From: Octopus sinensis
Lineage: Eukaryota
Reading direction: 5' to 3'
NCBI RefSeq assembly: GCF_006345805.1
Contig: NW_021825749.1
Location: 1 to 15,020 of the forward strand
Length of the DNA stretch: 15,020 nucleotides
Positions 1-7,554 of this stretch are shown here, in pieces (position 1 is the stretch's first letter; every line of letters begins with the position of its first letter). The translations under genes were made by a program, and so were the position numbers. Below the pieces are notes generated by a model. It saw only the letters and a list, made by a program, of their open reading frames with translations, was not told where the DNA came from and did not search any database.

Positions 1-165
1 TGAGTATATGAACATACATAATATGCATATATAGAATAAAATGATTATTTACAAAATATACATGATCACAAGAAGAAATAAAATAGTCAAATTTTTGTAC
101 AGTTTTGTAATTTATTTAATAATTTAAAAGTAAGAAAAAATCATGAATTCAATGAAAAAGTAGTT

Positions 166-1298
166 TCAAATATTGTCAGAATTTTGAGAAGATTTTTTAT
201 GATTAGTCATTTCCTGTTTATAGTCACTGCACAAAGGCTTAAAATGAATGCTTTCATAAATCTTTCCAATCAAGTCTTGTTTCCTAATTTGTTTCAGTGG
301 CCATATTTTTATGAACAACAATTTGCAGTGCAACTATAAAAATTTAAAATTATAAATTACCCAGTAATTCTTGTTAAAAAACATGTAAAGGAGTGGATTT
401 GCCAACGAAGAAAGCAACATTAGCCAATGAGTGGAAAAAAATATTGCATAGATATGTCGAGCATCATCCACTCCCTCCACGGCAAATGAGCGCGGATAAA
501 ATATGTAGATAATATATGTTATTTTGTATGGAAGACCAGAGATTACAAAAACCAGTATTATGGTTACTGGAAGCATTATTTTCTGGCAACGTAGAATTCA
601 CAGATTTACCTTTTTTGGAATATTATTTAAAAAAATAGGATTTGACAACTTTATGATGATTAGTGTGTATATTATGATTATTAAAAACAATGGAATGACT
701 AATAAAAATGCAGTCAAAAATGCTGCGTAACCTCGATCTTCCAATCTTTCTTGACATATTTCGATTTGCATGGAGCAACTAAAGTCACTTGCAGTTTGTT
801 TCAAAATAAACAAGTTTACTGAGGATATTCCAACAGAACAAATCCAAATTGACAACACAATAGATTTTATATGCGGTTTGATTTTTTTCGTAGCCATAGG
901 TTGAACAGAGCTACAAATCTGACAACGGCAATTGTTATATCAAACCAAATTGTGGCACAAACTGCTGACTGTTTCAAGAATTTGACAAGTGGGCATGTCA
1001 CATGTCCGTTTTTCCACTTTACTTGAACCATTTCAGTAAATGTGATGGGAATATAAGACAAATTCAATATTATATCTGCAGCAGCCAGGTTGCAAAGCCA
1101 TACACCAATGAGTCCACCTGCTCCCTTCCCGCATCGATAAATGATCAACACCAATGCGTTTGTGAAAAGAGAAGATAAAATTGTACAAATATACAGCAAA
1201 CGAATAAACAAAAGTCCGACAGGGGGTATTATCAAATCAAAATTATTTGTGATAAAACATTGATTTATTTCTTCAAATATGATACTCGAGTTGTTCAT
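166..1298 (-). CDS. Class A (rhodopsin-family) GPCR, peptide-receptor type, about 359 aa; 3 exons (1298-610, 582-361, 333-166); one 1-nt frameshift near 899-900 (assembly error or recent pseudogene)
   Basis: Joining ORFs 867-1298, 598-897 and 334-576 gives seven TM segments with class A motifs: TM1 TNALV, TM2 NLAAAD, W..G..TC into TM3, IAVVRF (DRY position), TM4 IW, ECL2 Cys, TM5 IP...Y, TM6 GLPY, TM7 NPLLY. Two 27-nt GT-AG introns (609-583 and 360-334) remove the in-frame stops and open a 55-aa C-tail ending at TGA 168-166. Confidence 0.88.
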
Positions 1299-1709
1299 CA
1301 GTGTAAAGATCTACTTGAATTGTTTATTGCGTGTTAACTTGTACGAACTTTGTTTTAGTAAAGTGGTCTTGGTGATGAAGCCTAATTAAGTGGCAATTGG
1401 ATAATGAAATCCCCTGGGATAAATTGATTGGCTTTTATTCGAATTTTTTTTATTTTTTAATTAATAAAATGGTCTTTTCAGAATATTATTTATATAAAAA
1501 ACTCATTCATTTTTGATATTTTCGATTTTGATAACAAAATTAACTTTTTTATTTTTCAATCTAATTTCGTTTAAAAATAAAAAAAATGTATAAAATAATA
1601 ATTTTTCTAACTCATTATTCTACTTTTAAGTTAAAATAGTAATACAATTATGTCATAGGTTTTTGCCTGGACCCGGCATCTGCTCGGACCGCAAGCGTAT
1701 TTTAAAATA

Positions 1710-2876
1710 CAGTGCTCGTCAAAAAAAATTGCTCAGCCATTTTTTCATGCTTTTATTGACAAATTAATAAAAAATTTAATCTTAAGCTTCATTTTTTATT
1801 CTAATTCTTAAATATAATAATTTATTAATGCGATTTTATTTCAATATAAGGAATTTAAAGCATAAAAATTTAAATCTCGTGACAAAAAACATTGCTCACT
1901 TTTCTTGTTATTGCATATGCCACGTTCTCCCAAGAAACAGTTAACTGAATTTAAAAAAGGGATGATTATTGCGTACTTTAAAGAGGGTAAATCAATCAGA
2001 GAAATCTCAAAAATACTTAATTTGCCGTATTCCACAATTTCATTTAATATTCGAAAATTTCGAGAATTTGGAACACTGCATCGGAGACCGGGCTCAGGAC
2101 GTCTTCCGAAACTAAGTTCCCCCCAAATACAATTTTTATGTAATGAAACCGAATCACATCCTACATTGTTGGCAGTGGATTTGTCCAACAAAACTAAAGA
2201 CTGTTAAGTTCGGATTAGGGAGAGTTATGATTTGGGGCTGTATATCGTATAGTGGTGTAGGCAATTTGGTTTTTATCGTAGAAACTATGAACTCTGGATA
2301 TTATATAACTTTACTGTCTAATAATCTGGACCAATCAGCTGAAAAAATGGGCTTATCCTCGTTTATTTTTCAACAGGATAATGCTTCATGCCATACATCT
2401 CGTATGGTTAAGGCATATTTCGAGACCAAAAAATATATTATTCTTGATTGGCCATCGCAATCACCGGATCTTAACCCAATAGAGCATGTATGGTGCTTTA
2501 TGAAAAGAGAATTAGCTAAAAATCCCCCGAAAAGTAAAAAGGATCTAAAGACAATAATATGAAAATTTGGCAGTCAATTCCTAAAAGTTTTTTACAAAAC
2601 TTAGTAAATTCAATGAGAAAAAGGAGTTATTCTTTATATTTAGCAAGGGGAGGACATATTAATTACTGATAATGAGATTTCCAAATTTGTGCTAATGTTT
2701 TTTGTCTTGCAATTTTTTGTTTTGTTTAAGTTTGTAAATAAAAAAGAAAAATTTTATTATAAAAATTAAGGTATAATAATAAAATACTACTTAAAGATGT
2801 TTACAAAAAAAATAAATCAGAATAATGCTATATAAAGACATAAACATTGGTGAGCAATTTTTTTTGACGACCACTG
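1710..2876 (+). mobile_element. Tc1-family DD34E transposon, internally deleted, non-autonomous
   Basis: 26-bp TIRs at 1710-1735 (CAGTGCTCGTCAAAAAAAATTGCTCA) and 2851-2876, with one mismatch. TA duplication at 1708-1709 and 2877-2878. Transposase relic inside. Confidence 0.95.
1917..2669 (+). pseudogene. Tc1 transposase pseudogene
   Basis: N-terminal paired-like HTH (SIREISKILNLPYSTIS; RPGSGRLPKL), then TVKFG..VMIWGC, QQDNASCH and WPSQSPDLNPIE (34 residues between D and E), C-terminal GGHINY*. A deletion at about 2195 removes the second HTH and the first catalytic Asp. Frameshift at about 2558. Confidence 0.92.
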
Positions 2877-3065
2877 TAAAAAAATAGAAAAAAGTTTATT
2901 AACGGTCGTAAATACATATTTATTAATTATTTTTAAAAAGAATAAGAAAATTCATTTCTACAATTTCAACCAAAATTGTAAGATATTTTATCGATATCAA
3001 AAAAGCTTGTAAATGTATTACTTAAACAACCAGTGATAACTACATCTAAATCCGAAAAATACAAA

Positions 3066-3348
3066 CAGAATTCTCTTCCCAGCGAGCCCAATCACACCAC
3101 TCGTCTTCACTGTAATTGGTACGAAGTTATATGCGTCGGGAAAAAAGATAGAAAGCCGGGACACGTCACAGACTAAGTAACTGCCCCGGAGCAAAAGTGT
3201 CCGTACAGGTTACATCCCATACGAGAAATTTCCCCTTACTGAATTGGAAGACCTTCATTTTGTCCAGACGCTTGCCGTCTCCATGATCAAGACCAGTCGA
3301 CTCTAGAACCGAAGGAAAGCCTGCGGCACTAAAAGCCCAATTGGTTAC
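3066..3348 (-). mobile_element. Fragment of a CRE-clade non-LTR retrotransposon (restriction-like endonuclease domain)
   Basis: The minus strand reads AFSAAGFPSVLESTGLDHGDGKRLDKMKVFQFSKGKFLVWDVTCTDTFAP, then YNFVPITVKTSGVIGLAGKRIL. This matches the remembered RLE pattern EPxGLxRxDGKRPDG..WDxTCxDT..YxFxPxAxETxG. It is also a GC-richer island. Confidence 0.78.
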
Positions 3349-3636
3349 TTTTTTGGAAAATGAAATGTAGATAATGATACTATAATTTGCTATTCACTAA
3401 TAATGCCGCTGATGAATACAAAAGCTTTATAAAAAGTGTAGTGAAATCTATTTCACTGTAAACGCCCAATTATCAAATAAATTATAAGAGACTGTAAAAT
3501 TGGTAAATTTGTTGGGAATTAAAAGCATTTTTACAGAATTATACTTAGGTATCCAATTTGAATTACCATGTAACTGCAAAAGTTCAAATAAAAGATTTCA
3601 GGCGGATCTTATTGATGTTAGAAGATATGAAGATTT

Positions 3637-3692
3637 TCATGTGGTTCACCTTCTCGTGGAGACGTCATGTGGTTCACCTTCTCGTGGAGACG
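3637..3692 (+). repeat. Perfect 28-bp tandem duplication at the LINE 5' junction
   Basis: TCATGTGGTTCACCTTCTCGTGGAGACG at 3637-3664 and 3665-3692. Confidence 0.98.
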
Positions 3693-3730
3693 ATTGGATG
3701 CTGATTTCACATCAGCAACAAACAGAACCA
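3660..3730 (+). ncRNA. Putative HDV-like self-cleaving ribozyme at the LINE 5' end
   Basis: P1 3660-3666/3689-3695 (6 of 7 pairs); P2 TGGTTC 3670-3675/GAACCA 3725-3730; P3 ACC/GGA (2 of 3); L3 TTCTCGT; GG 3696-3697 available for P1.1; perfect 7-bp P4 3699-3705/3711-3717; C-containing A-rich J4/2 that is 2 nt longer than canonical. Confidence 0.65.
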
Positions 3731-3789
3731 ATTTTTCCCCCTTGCCAACCAACCTGTCAACGGTTTGGTTGGTAGTGGCTACGGGACGA

Positions 3790-3858
3790 GCGCCAAGCTT
3801 ACGTTCCCTGACTCTATTGTTGATTCGGTGTGGAGATGTGGAACAAAACCCTGGACCT
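3790..3858 (+). other. 2A-like (StopGo) ribosome-skipping peptide
   Basis: SLRSLTLLLIRCGDVEQNPG/P, a perfect D(V/I)ExNPGP motif (3835-3858), in frame and directly before the APE domain. Confidence 0.88.
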
Positions 3859-6800
3859 GAGCCTATTAGAACACTAACCATCCTTCAATTGAACATCAAC
3901 GGGATTTCCAAGAAATGCAATGACCTACGCTACTTTCTACACACGAACTCTATTGATATAGCTCTTATTCAAGAGACCAAACTTACTCCAAATCCCAAAC
4001 CCCCGTTTTAAGGGATATTCCACCATTCGTCGTGACCGCCAGTCTGGAAAGCCTGGCGGTGGTCTCATTACTCTCATTCACGAGGCCATTCCCTTTGCAG
4101 ACTCAACTGCCAACATTGAATCTCTCTTAACTAATGATCGATTTACCGAAATTTCATCTATTCAAATTAACATTAACAAGATATGTTACTCTGTTGTTAA
4201 CACATATATCCCCCCGATTTCGTCATGTGCTCTCAATTATACACCGAACTTACTGCCTCTTTTTTCAATTGAAAACTGTATTCTATGTGGCGACTTCAAC
4301 GCCCACCATCCTCTCTGGTTATCCACAAACAAAACTGACAAACGTGGCCAGCAAATCACAACGGATGCGGAAGAATTGATCACTCTAAACAACCCTCTTC
4401 TACACACCCGCTGTGCAATGCGACCTGGAGATTCAAACACTTCTCCTGACATTACCTTATGTTCCCCAAACATCGCCCTCGACGCCAAATGGACAGTTCT
4501 GTACGACCTACCAACGGACCACAATCCTATTCTAATCAAAATAAACATCACCCTGTAAAGAAGAGAATACGAAGACCTACATTAACTACAAACGTGGGAA
4601 ATGGGACTCGTTCAGGAGTGAAACTGAACGTATATTCAGTAATTTTTCTTGCTCCTCCATTCAATCATTTGACGCTGCCGTTGCTTTCTTTACTAGTACA
4701 CTTCTTTCTGCGGACAAAAAATTATTCCCCGCGGCTTCATCCGAAATCACGGCCTCCACTTCCCCCCACCTATCATTGAACTATTCAAAAAACGAAGGAG
4801 GATCAAATCGACGACTTCTATCAATGGAAATGGAGAATCTCTAGCAGAAATCAACAAACAAATTGACGAATTAATCAAGAAACATAAAATGACGAATGGA
4901 ATGATTTTATCACTTCAATAACCCCAAATACTGGATCCCGTGCTTTCTGGAGAACCCTCAAGAAAATTCACACGAGGCAAACATGTCCCCTCTCACATGC
5001 CACCGGTATCTCGACCAAAAAATCTGTCCTATCTTTCCAGGATCAAGCCAACATCTTAATTCGCCATTATGCAAAAATCAGTCACCTTCCTACCCCAAAG
5101 GATCTCCGTTTCGTAAGAAAATCACATTATAAGTCAAATGACAATTCTACTGACTATATTAACATCCCAGAATCATTTACCAGGCAACTTGTTGTTAACT
5201 CGCGGAATTCTAACGCCAGAGGTCCTGATGGCCTTGCCATCCACCACCTAAAAAATCTGGGTCCTAATGGCTTTCTGGCTCTGACCAATTTAATCGAATA
5301 CTCGATCAACCATGGTCTGGTTCCTATGCTTTGGAAGAAATCTACCATCATCCCTATCCCAAAGCCAAATCGTGATACCTCTGACCCCTCCTCTTTTCGA
5401 CCTATCTCTTTGATCTCAGTGGTTTCAAAAATAACAGAGCGAGTTGTATTGAGCATCATAAAACCTTTCCTCCCATTTGCTGAATCTCAACATGGCTTTC
5501 GTTCTTTGCATTCCACTTCCACCCATCTTTCAAAACTGACACAATTCATTGCGGATGGGTTTAACAATCATAAGCCACCTCAAAGAACAATTATTGCATC
5601 CATCGACATTGAAAAGGCATTTGACAGAACGTCAAGACACGTTCTGTGTAGGAAAATAACCGATACGGAATTCCCCCACCAAATAAAGTCATGGCTACTC
5701 TCTTTTCTCTCTGGGCGTCTTGGTCGCACCACAATCATGTCTTCTTACTCACGCTACACAATACTTGCCTAACGGAGTTCCCCAAGGCTCGGTCCTTTCA
5801 CCTGCCTTATTTAACTTACATCTGTCAAATATCCCGACGAACAATAATACTCTACTTCTCTCCTACGCTGATGACTTAATTTTTGCCTCCCGCCACCAAA
5901 ACATAATCACCGCTTCTGGATTTCTGCAGGAACACATGAACACTCTTTCGTCCTGGCTGAAATGCAATCTTCTTCAACCTTCTCCTTCCAAATCATCTGT
6001 TACGCTATTCACAACTGACCGCCGTCAGTTCAACTTAGAGCCTAAACTATTCCTAGACAACACTCCACTCCCAGTTGAAAAATCCCCCAAAATCTTGGGT
6101 CTGATATTTGATTGCTGTTTGTCCTTCTCGAAACATGTTTCATATATCTGTGGAAAATCCCAGAAAAAACTCAATGTGCTCCGAGCTATTGCGGGTACTT
6201 CATTTGGGCAGGATAAGGAAAGTCTAACAACTGTATACAAGCAGTTTATTAGAACAACTATGAACTACGCCATCCCTGCTTGGGGTTCCTGCTTATCTAT
6301 ACAAACCTTGAAAAACTTCAGAGAACTCAAAACTCAGCATTACGAATTATTACCGGCTGTCTAAAAACGACACCTACCGACCACCTACATTGGGAATCGA
6401 AAATCCTTCCAATCAGTGACCATTTTGAAATGCTCGGGCTGCAATTTCTTGACAAATGCCGAACCCTAAATCACCCTGGCTACTTCCTCTGGCACTCCAC
6501 TAACAACAGGAGAATAGTTCCGACCCTCGCGGACAAAGTCCGCAAGCTTATACGATCCCCTCCGGACATTAACCAGAAGGGGATTCACGACCTGGTGGCT
6601 ACGAGGGCAATCAGATGTCTTGGAATAAACAAGCTTCTGGGACGCCTTCCGCCGCCAATTAATAAGATCGAATCCTCCCTCTCAAGAGAAGCCCGAGTGA
6701 ACTTGGCTCGTCTCCGCTGTGGCCACCATACTGGCCTACACGATTATCGCATAAAAATCGGTCTTGGTGAAATAACCCCTTCCTATTCCTCAACGACCTT

Positions 6801-6928
6801 TTCTCCTGTCCAGGCCCGCCTTCTACTTCCTCGGAACACCGGATCACGATCGGGGATCTTGGGAGCGTCCGACATTGGCCCTAACGTTCTTGTTAGCCAC
6901 CGGCTTCCTTCAATTGAAGGGGCGGGGG

Positions 6929-6954
6929 TAAATAAATAAATAAATAAATAATAA
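6929..6954 (+). repeat. (TAAA)5-TAATAA microsatellite 3' tail of the LINE
   Basis: Read directly; it abuts the 3' TSD copy. Confidence 0.95.
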
Positions 6955-7554
6955 ATGAAGATTTTAAAAATGGATATAGACATTTACAGTAAATCTGTAA
7001 TCTAATCGGTAATGTTTAAAATTTACTTTGAGAAGTTAAAAATAAATTCAAAAAAGAATATGTAGGTAATCCTGGTCGCCAGCCTGGGCAACAACATCTT
7101 TTAATCATTTCTTCTCAATTTAAACCGAATTTTATAAAAGAGTATTTAGTTTTACTATTTTTATAACCGTTTTGGACCGATTTGTATTTATAATCATCAA
7201 AAATACAGACATCTATTTTTAACAAATACATATATCATATCTTGAGGTATTATGTTTAATAAATCAATTTTATAAAACATAATTTGATTTTAAGATTACT
7301 TACGACATTTTGTCACATGTTACATTATCGACCTTAGTTATCTTAACCAAAAATACTTTTCCAATTTAGTGTCGAATTAATATTTCAACTCAATTTAATA
7401 AATATTATTTGCTTTTCACTTATCTTACTACCTAAAATATATTGATGCTCATCGATAGACACTACATATTTAATGGATATTTTCCCGAGGTAATGACGTA
7501 AATAATTAGTTAAATATAGGCTGTTACTAATATTGCTAGTTATAAAATTGATGC

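Larger units (their letters stand above)
3638..6954 (+). mobile_element. Full-length Ingi/Vingi-type non-LTR retrotransposon (APE + RT, no RNase H), frameshifted
   Basis: 11-bp TSD ATGAAGATTTT at 3627-3637 and 6955-6965, with a (TAAA)n tail. APE motifs: LQLNING, QETKL, YIPP, GDFNAHH, SPDITL, TDHNPI. RT motifs: GPDG, FRPISL, QHGFR, DIEKAFD, GVPQGSVLSP, YADD. C-terminal LARLRCGH and LFSCP. About seven frameshifts (near 4008, 4555, 4725, 4888, 5760, 6296, 6780). The clade assignment is less certain than the element itself. Confidence 0.93.
1651..7000 (+). mobile_element. Decayed Ginger-like (retroviral-type integrase) DNA transposon, copy A, interrupted by Tc1, CRE and Vingi insertions; right end not defined
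   Basis: The TGT terminus at 1651 aligns without gaps (41/59 nt) to the TGT terminus at 14051. A degenerate Zn-finger-like stretch lies at about 3390-3505 (IH...KLYKKCSEIYF / IIRDCKI). The integrase core SNKRFQADLIDVRRYEDF|KNGYRHL reads straight across the LINE insertion site (3580-3637 joined to 6966-6990). Confidence 0.55.

Noticed and set aside
598-600. In-frame TGA between two GPCR ORFs as readthrough or an alternative genetic code
   Set aside because: It lies inside a 27-nt GTAAAT...CCAG intron of the size seen throughout the window, and TGA and TAA act as normal stops elsewhere.
881-890. A-AAA-AAA slippery heptamer as a programmed -1 frameshift repairing the GPCR
   Set aside because: Shifting here would not restore the conserved ICL2 proline, whereas one extra C at 899-900 does. 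No stimulatory structure was evident.
3637-3692. CRISPR-like repeat
   Set aside because: Two adjacent copies with no spacer, in eukaryotic DNA at a LINE junction.
3500-3775. 91-aa ORF as a gene
   Set aside because: It is a chance chimera of the integrase relic and the LINE 5' end across the insertion site.
1841-6983. Antisense and off-frame ORFs (1841-2191, 3618-3881, 4134-4379, 4237-4551, 4459-4779, 5154-5459, 5691-5879, 6025-6240, 6659-6847, 6783-6983)
   Set aside because: They are shadows of the Tc1 and LINE coding frames with no recognisable motifs.
7061-7096. GC-rich island ending in ACA as the right end of Ginger copy A, or as a 7SL/Alu- or HDV-like fragment (CCAGCCTGGGCAACA)
   Set aside because: Its reverse complement shares TGT and GACCnGG at the same offsets as the left end, but only 11/26 nt overall, and there is no TSD (ATTA versus TCTT). 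The 15-nt resemblance to 7SL/Alu has no flanking support. Left unassigned.
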